Below the pieces are notes generated by a model, which was not told the DNA's origin, did no database searches, and saw only the letters and a program-made list of their open reading frames with translations. Shown piece by piece: positions 30,769 through 41,298 of a stretch of DNA of 64,000 bases (position 1 is its first letter; every line of letters begins with the position of its first letter). The DNA lies in IMG/VR virus record IMGVR_UViG_3300025015_000014, positions 68,787 to 132,786 of that record; one strand, given 5' to 3'. The translations under genes were made by a program, and so were the position numbers. This DNA is from a virus.

Positions 30769-31293
30769 GTTCGAGTCTGGCCGGGCGCACTGAAATCGTG
30801 ATCGACTATCTGACGGGTCTTTTACAAGCGGGGCACCTTCTAGAAACCACAGTGGTCATCAGAAAGGCGACTGCTTCCCTTCCTTTTTGCTTTTCTTCAG
30901 CACTCCAAGTCCTGAAACCTTGTTGCATCCGCTTTTGGTAGTTGAGCATCCCTTCCATTGCAGAACAGGCGGTAACACCATGGCAAAGACTGCCCAGAAG
31001 GCTCGCCCCTGCATCGGTCTTGGTAGGACCATCCATGTCAATCTCCCCTCGAAGGTCTCCGTGCCATGCCTTGGCCCTGGGGAATAAGGTTTACGCCTCA
31101 GACGGCACGGCCTGGACGTGCTCGCATTTACATTCGACCTGGGCTTCGGCCGTCTTGGCCGCCCCCCAAAAAGCGTCCCAGTAGCAGCCCATGTACGGAC
31201 CGCTCCCGTCTTGGTCACATGGGACCGACAGGGTGATGTGCCACCCCTCGGGGAAGAGAACCGCTTCGGTCCGCGACCCGGAAGTCGCGGACT

Positions 31294-31581
31294 CTACCGC
31301 GACCTGGGATACGTCTCCCTCCCGGAGGATCTCCCAGGCACCAGAGAACAAGGGCTCTGCCACTTCGAAGGGCTTCCGCCCCTCGATAAGGGTTCTCTCC
31401 CGGCCCCCCACGAATGGGTGGCGAGATAGATCACCTTCTCCGCGGGGCAGATCCCCGCGGCGAGGAGCGCTGCGTCTACCTCGTCGGCAATATAACTGCC
31501 GACGTTGGCGAACCCGCCCCCCAAAGCGGTGACCACGGTGTGCCACGTTTGTGGTCCACACATCTCGTATTTGTATTCCAC
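31294..31581 (-). CDS. hypothetical protein
   Basis: AAGGAG SD; 95 aa. Confidence 0.45.
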   Translation of the reverse strand: MEYKYEMCGPQTWHTVVTALGGGFANVGSYIADEVDAALLAAGICPAEKVIYLATHSWGAGREPLSRGGSPSKWQSPCSLVPGRSSGRETYPRSR

Positions 31582-31616
31582 GTTCGTTCTCCTTGCTCAC
31601 GCGGGTCTCGCCCGCA

Positions 31617-31937
31617 CTACTCGCAATCATCAGGAAAGTTGCCGTCTTCGTGGCAGCGCGGGTCTCGCCCGCACCCCGAGCACGGACCCGCTCCCCGGAA
31701 TCCCCGGGGAGTGGTTTCCCCACACGCAACACAGCGTGTGATGACGGTACCGGCGGCAACTTCCTGCCGCATTTCTGCGACGACCGCCGCAGCCCACCCC
31801 CCGACGGGCGCATCTAGACCTCCGTCGCGGGCGAGGTAGTCGTCCGAGACGAACCCGTCGGTTCCGATACTGGAAAGGCGGAGGGCCACTTCTTTTTCCC
31901 ACGCTGGAGACTCTTCCGGCTCCCTCCACCAACTCAT
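31617..31937 (-). CDS. hypothetical Zn-finger protein
   Basis: AAGGAG SD; CxxC...CxxC. Confidence 0.5.
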   Translation of the reverse strand: MSWWREPEESPAWEKEVALRLSSIGTDGFVSDDYLARDGGLDAPVGGWAAAVVAEMRQEVAAGTVITRCVACGETTPRGFRGAGPCSGCGRDPRCHEDGNFPDDCE

Positions 31938-32070
31938 TGTCTCTCTCCTTGCCCGTTACGGGCTCTTCAACCTTAACAACGCGGGCAACCAAGTCCCTAA
32001 GCCAACAGACTAGCTTAGAAGAACTCTTGTTTGGGTAGTACAGGTGGATCCCCGCTATCATGAAGATGCT

Positions 32071-32352
32071 TCAGCCTCCTGCCCGACTGAGTTTGGCTGC
32101 CTCGTTAGTGGCCTCTGTATAGACCATGTCCTCTTCTTCACGGGTCAGTGAGATCAGTTCTCGGGTATCCTGACGGGTCACTGACAAACGAAAGAGCACT
32201 GGAGTGTCCGTGGTCATGAGTGTGAAGTCATCGGGCCACTGTACCTGGAACACAACCTCGATGGTTGGACAGGTGCTTTCCGGGGATGCCCGCTCGAAGG
32301 TCACGATGATCAACGAACGGTGATCTGTTGATTTTTCTCGCCTGGTGAACAC
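32071..32352 (-). CDS. hypothetical protein
   Basis: GGAGG SD; 93 aa. Confidence 0.55.
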   Translation of the reverse strand: MFTRREKSTDHRSLIIVTFERASPESTCPTIEVVFQVQWPDDFTLMTTDTPVLFRLSVTRQDTRELISLTREEEDMVYTEATNEAAKLSRAGG

Positions 32353-32366
32353 TGGGCCTCCCCGGC

Positions 32367-32855
32367 CTACGCGGCCTGCGAGATGCCCGTGACCGTGAGG
32401 GAGGCTCCCTTGATCCGGACGGCCTTCTGAACCTTGGTACGGGGGAGCTTGCCGATGACCTCAGTCTTGATCTGAGTTTCGGCCTCGGCCACGCCTGCCT
32501 CTTCCAGGAGCGCCTTCGTGGCATCCTTGTCCATGGTCAGAGCCTGCTGCATGACCTCACGGATCAGAGTCAGGGCAGCGTCCCTCGTGCAGCCCATTCG
32601 CTTGACCATGAGGGCCAGAGTCGGGAGCAACGGGATGCTGCACGTTGGCGACTTGTCCGTGTCAGCCCCGATGGCAACTTCGTCGAGGGTCAGGACGATG
32701 TTGACCGAGAGACCCTTGAGAGTCTGATTGGGGTTCGCACGGTCCTTGAGGTCTCCCCCAGCCTTCTCGACATCGTCGATGGCCTTCTTGACACCTGCCT
32801 GGAGTGCCAGGAGAATCTCAGGACTCAGATCGGCCGCTGCTGTGATGGTCTGCAT
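32367..32855 (-). CDS. hypothetical protein
   Basis: GAGGAG SD; promoter motif at 32901-32927. Confidence 0.75.
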   Translation of the reverse strand: MQTITAAADLSPEILLALQAGVKKAIDDVEKAGGDLKDRANPNQTLKGLSVNIVLTLDEVAIGADTDKSPTCSIPLLPTLALMVKRMGCTRDAALTLIREVMQQALTMDKDATKALLEEAGVAEAETQIKTEVIGKLPRTKVQKAVRIKGASLTVTGISQAA

Positions 32856-32920
32856 GATTTTGTCTCCTCGTTGTTCAGAGGGTTCCTGCCCTCTCTCGTA
32901 CTACGCAGGTCAGTTGCCAA

Positions 32921-35581
32921 CTAAGCCTTCGGTTTCTTCCCCCGGCCATGAGCCAGCACGTCTACTAGGTCATTGAGCTTGGCTAGGATCAGAGCCGGGG
33001 TCTCGGATACAGTCAGGGACCACACATGATCCGGGAACAGACTAACCACAGCCCTAGATCCGTCACCGACGCCTACCCCGATTATATGAATCCCCGCTGC
33101 CTGGGCTCTTCGAACCTGCCGTCGAATCACCGGCACATGTCTACCGTTGGGTTCCCCGTCTGTCACCACGAACAGGAACCGATGAGGTTCGGGACGTTCT
33201 CCCAAAGCACGAAGGGCAAACTCAATCCCGTCTGACATCGGAGTACCGCCACTAGCCATCGTGTTGGCAAACCGCCACTTCACGGCCCCGAACCGTTCAT
33301 GAAATGCCTGGAACACGTCATAATGAACCCCATGGGTGCGATGATAGTCCCGTGTATCCCCAGGAAGGGGACTTGAATTTCCCGCACCGTCCCTGAATCC
33401 AATGGCCATCGTGGGGAAAGTCAGGGCATCGAAAGGCTCAGTGAGAGCTACGAGCATTCGACCGGCTTCCCGTTTCTTGTCCCCCATTGAACCGGATTCA
33501 TCAACAACGGTGGCCACTGCCATCCGACATTCCAGTTCCTCACCTTTCTTGTCCCAAGCCCGAGTCGGGTACTGTCCATCCTGAACTTCCCCGTGGGTTT
33601 GAACGAGATACCGACTGGAAAGTGTCCGTCCTTTACGAACCCCACGGGTGCGCCCGACCATCTCCAGTGCTCGGATGATTGCCCGAAGTCGGGCACGAAG
33701 ATAGGCAGACTCTTTGGTCACCGAATCCTTGATCTGATTGGCAACACCCAGGTCATAAGCCTTGCCTCTGGCCGAAGGGGACACAAAAGCAGCGGTATCC
33801 AAACCAGGATCTAGAGGAGACCAGGGAGCCTCTCCCCTCTGAACATCAGATTCTTCCTTGTCCAGGGCTGTGTTGACCGCTTCCTCAAGAGCCTTGTTGT
33901 TGTCCAAAAGTCCCGTACCTTGGGTTGCCTGCTGGAGAGCCGTTGTCGCAAGATTCTCCCAATCCGTGTTGCCCGCATGAGGGCCAACATGATGATGATG
34001 GCCTCCGGCCCCGTTTGCTGGCTTGCCGTTGGTTTCCTCATCCCCCGAGGTTTGGTCTTGCCCCGTACCCTCAGAGCTACCGTCACCTACACCGTCTGAA
34101 GCCTCCCCGTCATCGCTATCGGAATCAGCACCCTCACCATCCGAGGCATCCCCATCAGATTCACCATCCGAGGAATTCTCGTCAGGATCCCCATCGAATT
34201 CACCCTCACCATCCGAAGAACTCTCAGCGGCATCTTCCGACTCCTCAGGGTCATCCTCTGAGTCCCCGTTCTTTCCCCCCTGCTTAGAAGCCGCGTCTTC
34301 TGCCTCATCCGGGTCCGCCTTATCCTTTGAGGTTTTCCCGGCCTGCTTCTTGTTTTTCCCGTCCTTGCCTGGTTTATCTTTTCCCGCCTTGTCTTTCCCG
34401 GAAGGCTTATCCCCGTCCTGCTTGCCGGGTTTGCCTTGACTGGTTTGATCACTGGCATCGTCCCCGTCGGCATCTTCCGAGTCGGACTCGTCAAACCCCT
34501 CCATTTGAGGTTGCGGTTGGGGAGGCTGTTGAGGTTGTGGCTGGTTCTTGGGCTTTGGGGTGATTTTGACTTCCTGTTGCCAGCCACAAACCGTGCAGGT
34601 CATGATCCCCACACCAGGGACTTTGCCACCGACCCCGTTTGACTTCGGGCGTACCTTGAGTTTGTCGGCCGAGGCACCGCAAGAGGGACATTGAAGTGGT
34701 CCGTTCTGTGTCTGTGAATCCTCTTCGTCCTGTTTGCCAAGTTCGGCGAGCTTGGCAATCACGTCCATAGCAATCCGGAGACAACCCAAGTCATCTTGCA
34801 CGGTCAGTTGAATGGCTTCATCAAGCATGGGCCGGAGAGGTCCGTTCAAGACCAGATCAACAGCATCTGGCTTTTCTTTCCGATAGTGATCCAGGGCATC
34901 CCGTTGTTTCTCGGTGTTATAGCCAAGACCCACATCCCGGAAGGTACCCTCAATGATCGAGAGGGCACCACGTTGCCCTCCGTGTGCCCGCACGTTAGCT
35001 TCCCCGGCGGCTTCTTGACCGAGAATGAAGTCCTGAAGGTCACAGAGCTTGATGTATATGCCCTCGAACTGTTCACTCCCCCGGCGTTCGATTCGAATGT
35101 CCTCTACGATGTTTGACCAGTCTTGCAAAGCCATATGTACCCGAGACCAGTCCTTGACTTTGGCCCAACGGGGTAGAACCAGAGCGGCCATCTCCTGAGT
35201 TCGGAGTGACCGACGACAGGAATAGAGAGTGTGTAGAGCCTCATGGTAGCCACCCCCGGTCAGAGCCAGAGCCACACGGAGAGTGAGCTTGTCAGGTGTG
35301 GAGGCTATGACTATTTGCCGTCCAGGGGCATGTTCGGCATTTGTCTCCCGGCACATCACCGACAGATCCAAGACGGTTGGAACACAACCCGAATTCTTGG
35401 CTGCCCACTCACACAACCGGGAAGTCAACCGTCGAATGGTCCATCGGTCCATATTGAGGAACCGCGCCCCTTGACTGAGAACAGGCGGGGCGTCCTTACC
35501 AAGAATGCCGATGACCGAAGCGGCATGTCGTTCACGATACTCGCGGCCTCGAATGACAGGTTCAATGACTTGGGGTTTCAT
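32921..35581 (-). CDS. vWA-domain protein (CobT/NorD-like MoxR partner)
   Basis: HEALH and NIVEDIRIE in the N-domain, acidic linker, MIDAS VVDESGSM...GTP...VTDGEP. Confidence 0.85.
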   Translation of the reverse strand: MKPQVIEPVIRGREYRERHAASVIGILGKDAPPVLSQGARFLNMDRWTIRRLTSRLCEWAAKNSGCVPTVLDLSVMCRETNAEHAPGRQIVIASTPDKLTLRVALALTGGGYHEALHTLYSCRRSLRTQEMAALVLPRWAKVKDWSRVHMALQDWSNIVEDIRIERRGSEQFEGIYIKLCDLQDFILGQEAAGEANVRAHGGQRGALSIIEGTFRDVGLGYNTEKQRDALDHYRKEKPDAVDLVLNGPLRPMLDEAIQLTVQDDLGCLRIAMDVIAKLAELGKQDEEDSQTQNGPLQCPSCGASADKLKVRPKSNGVGGKVPGVGIMTCTVCGWQQEVKITPKPKNQPQPQQPPQPQPQMEGFDESDSEDADGDDASDQTSQGKPGKQDGDKPSGKDKAGKDKPGKDGKNKKQAGKTSKDKADPDEAEDAASKQGGKNGDSEDDPEESEDAAESSSDGEGEFDGDPDENSSDGESDGDASDGEGADSDSDDGEASDGVGDGSSEGTGQDQTSGDEETNGKPANGAGGHHHHVGPHAGNTDWENLATTALQQATQGTGLLDNNKALEEAVNTALDKEESDVQRGEAPWSPLDPGLDTAAFVSPSARGKAYDLGVANQIKDSVTKESAYLRARLRAIIRALEMVGRTRGVRKGRTLSSRYLVQTHGEVQDGQYPTRAWDKKGEELECRMAVATVVDESGSMGDKKREAGRMLVALTEPFDALTFPTMAIGFRDGAGNSSPLPGDTRDYHRTHGVHYDVFQAFHERFGAVKWRFANTMASGGTPMSDGIEFALRALGERPEPHRFLFVVTDGEPNGRHVPVIRRQVRRAQAAGIHIIGVGVGDGSRAVVSLFPDHVWSLTVSETPALILAKLNDLVDVLAHGRGKKPKA

Positions 35582-35597
35582 GTACCCTCCATCTGGT

Positions 35598-35652
35598 CTA
35601 CTCTAACAGCCGGGTCACTAAGCCGGGCTTAGTTGGACAGGCTGTCGGGTAG
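35598..35652. promoter_or_regulatory. back-to-back pair of GGCTTAG-N16-GTAG motifs
   Basis: ctac-N16-ctaagcc-g-ggcttag-N16-gtag between the divergent vWA and MoxR genes. Confidence 0.75.
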
Positions 35653-35673
35653 AAGGGGTGCAATGGAGGGCAC

Positions 35674-36891
35674 ATGCCTCACAAAATACCCTGTTTGGAG
35701 TGCAAAAAGGAAGTCGAGGATTTCCTGGCTGGGCATCTCATGGAGGCTCACGGGGTATCCCTGACCGAGTATCTGACCGAACATCCTGGGGCAGCCACGG
35801 TATCCCAGAGACTCTTGGACACGCACAGGGCGACGAAACGTCCTGGCCCTAAGCATCCGGTCAGTGCCTCGGATCTGAGTGTGGCAATGGGTCCAATCTC
35901 TTTCCCCGTGAATGTCGGGGTACCGGCCACGGCTTGTTTGCCCATGCCCGCTCATTATCGGATTCCTGACCACGGACTCTTGGGGGAAGATGTCTCTCAA
36001 GCTCTCGTGGCTCTTCGGTTCCGCCGTAGCCTCTACATCCACGGACTCCCTGGTTCAGGCAAGGACGCCTTGCTGCACGCCTTTTCGGCAATGACCCGTA
36101 CCCCCGGCCTGATCCGGCAAGTGCGTCCTGGTGCTGATGTGGAAGGTTGGTTCTTCGCCCGTGGTTTCACCGAGTCAGGAACGTGTTGGGAAGAAGGGGA
36201 GGTTCTCAAGGCTCTCCGGGATGGCTATCTCTGTTCCAACGGGAAACGCATCCCCTATCTCATCCTTTTCACCGACTTTGACCGTGCAGACCGTGAACAA
36301 GCCGAGTCTGTTCGTCTGATCACCGACTCAATTCAGGGTCGTGTAGATGGTCCTGGTGGTCGAACGGCTCCGGTTCTCCCAGGTACAATCATCACAGGCA
36401 CGGGCAACACTTCTGGTGGCGGGGATGAGCGGGGCAGGATGGTGAGTGCCAATCTCCTTGATGCCTCCCTGATGGATCGTTGGGAACGGGTGCTTCAGTT
36501 TCACTGGATGGAGTGGGTAGACGAAGAACCCGTGCTGAAATCAAAGTTTCCGCTCCTGGCCCAAGCCTACGGGCAACCGCTCTGGGATAAGTTCAAGCAG
36601 ATCACGAAGGTGCTCCGTGAGGCCATCTATGATGACAAGCTCGCCGGAGAGTTCAGTCACCGTGCCTTGTGCGCCATCCTCGGTCATGCTACGGACATCT
36701 TGCTCCTGTCCGGGGGCAAGCCCCCGAACGATCTGTTCAAGAAAGCGGTCCGGGTTTGGATTGACAAGTTGCCAGATCGAGAAAACCGAGAAAATGCAAT
36801 ACACATGATGGATCCTCATTTGGGTCTCCTGGCCGTTGGGGATATCAGTCACATCGTTCGGAGCCAACCGTTGGTTCCAGGAGTTGCATGA
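35674..36891 (+). CDS. MoxR/CbbQ/CobS-like AAA+ ATPase
   Basis: HGLPGSGKD, FTDFDRA, TGNT, LMDRW, FSHR; N-terminal C2H2-like finger. Confidence 0.88.
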   Translation: MPHKIPCLECKKEVEDFLAGHLMEAHGVSLTEYLTEHPGAATVSQRLLDTHRATKRPGPKHPVSASDLSVAMGPISFPVNVGVPATACLPMPAHYRIPDHGLLGEDVSQALVALRFRRSLYIHGLPGSGKDALLHAFSAMTRTPGLIRQVRPGADVEGWFFARGFTESGTCWEEGEVLKALRDGYLCSNGKRIPYLILFTDFDRADREQAESVRLITDSIQGRVDGPGGRTAPVLPGTIITGTGNTSGGGDERGRMVSANLLDASLMDRWERVLQFHWMEWVDEEPVLKSKFPLLAQAYGQPLWDKFKQITKVLREAIYDDKLAGEFSHRALCAILGHATDILLLSGGKPPNDLFKKAVRVWIDKLPDRENRENAIHMMDPHLGLLAVGDISHIVRSQPLVPGVA

Positions 36892-37835
36892 TGGAAAACC
36901 CCGTTACAGTTATGGGTGTGGATCCTGGAACAGGTCCGGATCAACAAAAGACTTTCACGCTCGGCCAAAGTAGCTTCCGAGACCCCCTGCTGATTACCTT
37001 GGGGGAACTCTCCGACTGGCGGATCAATCGAGTGATCCCTTTCCGAGAAACCCATGCCCTCGTTTGCAAACGTATGGGCATCACAATGGATCAGTATGGG
37101 ATTCAGGATTCCAGTAAGAAGCCCTGGATTGAACTCTGGGTCGGCTGGGCTTTCCGGGATCTGGTTGCAGCAGGGTTTGCGAGCCGCAAACAAAAGGGTC
37201 AGTGGCATTTGACCCAGGCCGGGGTGGACCAAGCCATGAGACTTCGCGGGACCGAACCGATCCTTCCGGAGTCTGATTCGGAGACAGGACCCCCTCAAAC
37301 AGCAACCGATCTACCGGAGGGGTTGGTTTCCTTTCAACTTGCCACGGCAACCTCAACAGGCTATGCCGGTGGGGATGCCTATCTGATCGGATTGGCAACT
37401 CAACAGACCCCATGTTTCGGGCTTTCCTACGGGGATTCTCTTGTGTGCGGGTCGTGTCCGTTGTTGGAACGCTGTGGGCAAGCCTATCTAGCCACCCTCA
37501 TGAATCAGGCTGAAGCCTTGGCCCAAGAGGAAGCCAAAAAGATCAGAGCCCTCAAGGAAACAGAGCGGGCTTTGGCTGCGAGAGTGGCCAAGGATGCCGC
37601 TCTCGCAGCTCAGGCCAAACAACCCCCACTTCCGGTCGTTCCCCGACCTACCACACCCTCAGTCTCTCCGGCTCCTATTGGAAACGTGAACCTGGTCACA
37701 GTCCCCAAGGATGGGACGCTTTGTTCCAAGTGTCATCAACCCCTGGCCAAGGGATCCTCAGCCTACTGGGTCCGTACTGCTCCGGCTGGGATGTACCATC
37801 CCCAGTGTTACCAGGAATTGGTGGCCAAGCCATGA
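36888..37835 (+). CDS. Mrr_N-like winged-helix plus Cys-cluster protein
   Basis: WVGWAFRDLVAAG....KGQWHLTQAG; Cys clusters. Confidence 0.6.
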   Translation: MMENPVTVMGVDPGTGPDQQKTFTLGQSSFRDPLLITLGELSDWRINRVIPFRETHALVCKRMGITMDQYGIQDSSKKPWIELWVGWAFRDLVAAGFASRKQKGQWHLTQAGVDQAMRLRGTEPILPESDSETGPPQTATDLPEGLVSFQLATATSTGYAGGDAYLIGLATQQTPCFGLSYGDSLVCGSCPLLERCGQAYLATLMNQAEALAQEEAKKIRALKETERALAARVAKDAALAAQAKQPPLPVVPRPTTPSVSPAPIGNVNLVTVPKDGTLCSKCHQPLAKGSSAYWVRTAPAGMYHPQCYQELVAKP

Positions 37836-38314
37836 CCAGTCGAACACTTGGATCCATCCTGGAACAAATCCGTATTGTCAACACGGCCCTCAACCGACCA
37901 GCCCTTGACCTGGAAAACAACGAAGACCTGACCACGCTAGGGCTGCTACTCTGGCGGATCAATGAACTGACCACAGGTCTTCTGGACAGCATCAAAGAGA
38001 TTCTTCGAAAACGAGCAGTCGCCGTCCGAGGTGGCTTACCGGGGTCGATCACTTTCGGTGCTCCGGATGGGCTATGCACGGTTACGGTTCAGGGAACCGA
38101 GATCAAGATCCGCAAGGACATGATCCATGACCTGCGAACCTCCTTGGGCGAAGACCTGTTCTGTTCTCTGTTCGAGATGGAGACCGTTTTCAAACCCCGC
38201 CCCGGTTTCTCGGAACGTGCGTCAGTCTTGACCTCGGAGCAGCAGCAAGAGCTTGGCCGAGCCATAGACATACAGGTTCGGACGCCTCGTGTTGCTTTCA
38301 CAACGAGCAAGTAG
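37832..38314 (+). CDS. hypothetical protein
   Basis: Overlapping stop/start with the upstream gene. Confidence 0.65.
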   Translation: MTSRTLGSILEQIRIVNTALNRPALDLENNEDLTTLGLLLWRINELTTGLLDSIKEILRKRAVAVRGGLPGSITFGAPDGLCTVTVQGTEIKIRKDMIHDLRTSLGEDLFCSLFEMETVFKPRPGFSERASVLTSEQQQELGRAIDIQVRTPRVAFTTSK

Positions 38315-38328
38315 ATGGAACCCCACGG

Positions 38329-38658
38329 GTGATGATGAAAAGCGGAGAAGGAACTCCAACGCGCCCTCGTACCTGGAAAGACTGTTTCCCATATCAGCAG
38401 ACTTGTCCTTGGGTGAGTTGTCGGCACCACCTATTCCTGGAAGTACGTCCCCAGACAGGGACCATTCAGTACAACTTCCCAAACCAGGAACCGGATGAGA
38501 TCCCGGCCACCTGTACCCTATGGGTAGCTACACGAGGTGGAGTTACGCTGGAAGAAGCCGGGGTGCTCCTTAACTTGACACGGGAACGGATTCGGCAGAT
38601 TGAAATCGTAGCCACTCGGAAGCTCAAAGTCTTCCGTAAGAACTTGCAAACGGGATAG
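38329..38658 (+). CDS. sigma70 region-4 HTH protein
   Basis: VTLEEAGVLLNLTRERIRQIE. Confidence 0.75.
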   Translation: MMMKSGEGTPTRPRTWKDCFPYQQTCPWVSCRHHLFLEVRPQTGTIQYNFPNQEPDEIPATCTLWVATRGGVTLEEAGVLLNLTRERIRQIEIVATRKLKVFRKNLQTG

Positions 38659-38661
38659 GTA

Positions 38662-38880
38662 ATGAACAAGCCCACAACCCGAGACCTGGCAGAATCAGCC
38701 GCAGACCTACGAGGCTATGCCAATCGGTTCCGCACTTTGGCCCAAACAAACCAAGCCCCGACAGCCCAGGAACTGGCAGCAGCGGCCGATTTCTTTGAGT
38801 CGGTGTCAGAGGAACTGTTGGAACTGTTGCCTACGACCTCGAAGGGAGTACAAACCCCAACTCCTGTGCCCGGCTCCTGA
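38662..38880 (+). CDS. hypothetical protein
   Basis: 72-aa ORF at the end of the + strand operon. Confidence 0.55.
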   Translation: MNKPTTRDLAESAADLRGYANRFRTLAQTNQAPTAQELAAAADFFESVSEELLELLPTTSKGVQTPTPVPGS

Positions 38881-39475
38881 ACCCAGCCATCGCGGCATCT
38901 GGATCCAAGAACTGCATCTGAAAGTCACGGAGTTCATCTGGCAACGGTGGGAGTCCCCAATCTTCTGTTCCGAGGGTGGGAACCTGAACCTTCTCAATGC
39001 AGACTGCCAAAATGTCAGCCGCCTTGACCTCGGGAGCCTCAAGCGTGGCCGGATTCAAGCCCAGGATCCGAGTCAAAGAGTCATTGAGTTTGCGGTCAAA
39101 CTCAGACCACCGACCCTTTCGACCATCCGGGTATTCGACTAACAGAATCTGACGAAGCGGGGCTTGAATGTCATGGGTATAGGCTTCGCTGGTGTCGTGA
39201 AACAAACCACCAAGCTGAATGGCCTTACTCGTCTTGGGCCAGAGCTTCTTGATGATGTGCGACACTATAATGCAGTGTTCAGCGATGGTGACCAGGGGTG
39301 AGCTTTGACCCCCATATCGGAACGTATGCCCGAGTCCCCACACAATGTCATCGTAGTGGACATTGGCCGAGTCAGGGGTCAAGAGGGACAGGCTAGACCC
39401 CGAGAGTGTCGGAATCCAACCTGTCCATCTATCAGGTCGTTGTCTGCGGCGTAGGATCTCTGTAGGTGTCACCAT
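38831..39475 (-). CDS. HD-domain nucleotidase (YfbR-like)
   Basis: RYGGQ...IAEH...LFHDTSEAY...AAD. Confidence 0.8.
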   Translation of the reverse strand: MVTPTEILRRRQRPDRWTGWIPTLSGSSLSLLTPDSANVHYDDIVWGLGHTFRYGGQSSPLVTIAEHCIIVSHIIKKLWPKTSKAIQLGGLFHDTSEAYTHDIQAPLRQILLVEYPDGRKGRWSEFDRKLNDSLTRILGLNPATLEAPEVKAADILAVCIEKVQVPTLGTEDWGLPPLPDELRDFQMQFLDPDAAMAGFRSRAQELGFVLPSRS

Positions 39476-39507
39476 GTCCTACTATACCCGATAAGATGGA
39501 AATCGAG

Positions 39508-40059
39508 TTAGGGTTCCAGTTCATCGCCCCAGTAGGAAGCACTCTTCAAGAAATCCCGCCACGAAGGAGGCATCCCATCTGCGAACGTCGGCAGGAACCC
39601 GCCCGGCACCACCATGGGCTGCCGTGGCTTGACCCGGAGCTTCATCCGAGCCTGTTCCGGTGTCCGGTCTGCCTTCTTCTGATTGCAGTCCAGACAAGCT
39701 GTCATGACATTGTCCCAGACCGTCTTTCCACCCATGCTCCTTGGCACGACGTGGTCCAAGGTGGCTTCCCGCAGATCCAGCTTGTCGCCGCAGTAGCCGC
39801 ACTGACCCTTGTCCCGGAGCCAGAGGTTCTTCCGGTTGAACCGGACACCCCTCTGCTTGGACAACCAGCCCGTAGCCCCCGAGAGCAGTCGGATCACGGC
39901 CGGTACCCGCCAAACCCGAGAAGGCGACCGCACGAACCAGTCATCATACTCAGCCCCAGGCAAAACCGTGGCACGACCGGAGACAACCCAAGAAAGGGCT
40001 GTCTGCCAGTTGACCTGGTTCACAGGCATGTAGTGGGCATTTAAAACCAAAGTATCCAT
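39508..40059 (-). CDS. HNH endonuclease (McrA-like)
   Basis: RDKGQCGYC...TLDHVVPRSMGG...WDN...CLDCN. Confidence 0.9.
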   Translation of the reverse strand: MDTLVLNAHYMPVNQVNWQTALSWVVSGRATVLPGAEYDDWFVRSPSRVWRVPAVIRLLSGATGWLSKQRGVRFNRKNLWLRDKGQCGYCGDKLDLREATLDHVVPRSMGGKTVWDNVMTACLDCNQKKADRTPEQARMKLRVKPRQPMVVPGGFLPTFADGMPPSWRDFLKSASYWGDELEP

Positions 40060-40111
40060 GATTGCACCTTACACCAATCTACCCCTCAACGAGCAGTGAC
40101 GCAACCTTTCG

Positions 40112-40185
40112 TGCCCCTGACGGGATTCGAACCCGTGATTACCAGCTTGAAGGGCTGGCGGCCTTGACCGCTAGCCAACAGGGGC
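40112..40185 (-). tRNA. tRNA-Glu(TTC)
   Basis: CCAGC CCTTCAA GCTGG. Confidence 0.92.
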
Positions 40186-40250
40186 AACGAAGCTAGGGGG
40201 GGTCTACTGCCCCCTAGCTTCTACGGGGAACACAGTATCACTAAGCCCGG

Positions 40251-41054
40251 TCAGATAGGAACGACCTTCGACTTGAGAGGCTCAGGCAGTCCCGCTATTG
40301 CTTCCTGGATCTGTTCAGCCGAGTACCGTGCCGAGAAATGGGTCAGCACCACAACCTCGTTCTGAAACAGATCCGCCGACGCTACAATCTCAGACAAGTG
40401 GGTGTGCCCATGCTTATGAGCCTGCTCCACTGTCTCGGCCCCGAAGAAAGTAGACTCTGCTATCAGTACCCTGGCCTTGAGAGCCGTCTGGCAAGCTGCC
40501 ACAGCCTCAAACCGGCTGTCCAGCATGTAGGCCACTTCCGGGGTCTCTACCTGATCCGTGATCTGGGTGCCCGCTCTCTTGAGTTTCCCGATCTCTTCTC
40601 CTGCCAGCCCCACGAACTCCGGCTTGAGCTTCTGGCTCACCCGGTAGATCACGTACCCCTGGGAGTGCCCGATGTGCAAGGTGGGCACCACCCGCACCAA
40701 CACGTCCTTGGACACCTGAATGGTGGCCCCCGGCTCCGTGGGCAGGATCTCAAAGGGAACCAGGTCCCCTTGTAGCCCCGACCAAAGGGTGAGAATTTCC
40801 CTCACCTGGGGGGCGATCCCAACCGGGACCACGAACTTCGAGGGCGACATGCCCAGGAGGGATCTCCAAAAGGCGTGTCTCACAGCCCCTGCCAAATGAT
40901 CCACATGGGCATGAGTCACCAGCACCGTCTGGATCTTGACCGCCTGTTCGGTGCAAACCCCGATATCCAAGACCAGTTTGAACTCAGGCAACACGAAACA
41001 GGTTTCGTGTCCGCTTCTGGACTGCCCTTCGATGATGTGGTTGGCTATCTTCAT
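40251..41054 (-). CDS. rnz: RNase Z (tRNA 3' processing), metallo-beta-lactamase fold
   Basis: THAHVDH, AESTF, HGHTH, THFSARY; KLKPEF arm. Confidence 0.8.
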   Translation of the reverse strand: MKIANHIIEGQSRSGHETCFVLPEFKLVLDIGVCTEQAVKIQTVLVTHAHVDHLAGAVRHAFWRSLLGMSPSKFVVPVGIAPQVREILTLWSGLQGDLVPFEILPTEPGATIQVSKDVLVRVVPTLHIGHSQGYVIYRVSQKLKPEFVGLAGEEIGKLKRAGTQITDQVETPEVAYMLDSRFEAVAACQTALKARVLIAESTFFGAETVEQAHKHGHTHLSEIVASADLFQNEVVVLTHFSARYSAEQIQEAIAGLPEPLKSKVVPI

Positions 41055-41298
41055 GACCCTTCTACTCTCCTGGCCTATTTCCTAAGCCGTGTAAGCATCG
41101 GGCAGTTGGGAAAATGCGGGCATGGGGGGAACACTTCACCCCCATGGCACAAGAAACCGGGTTCAGCGAACGCCCCGGGTGAATAGTAATAGCCCTGAAG
41201 GCAACCTGCCGTTTTTGCTTTACGTGCCTCCACAGCAACATCTTTATGGGTGATTTTCGGTGGGGGTCCATGCCACTTGGCCATGTTTAGTGAGCCTT

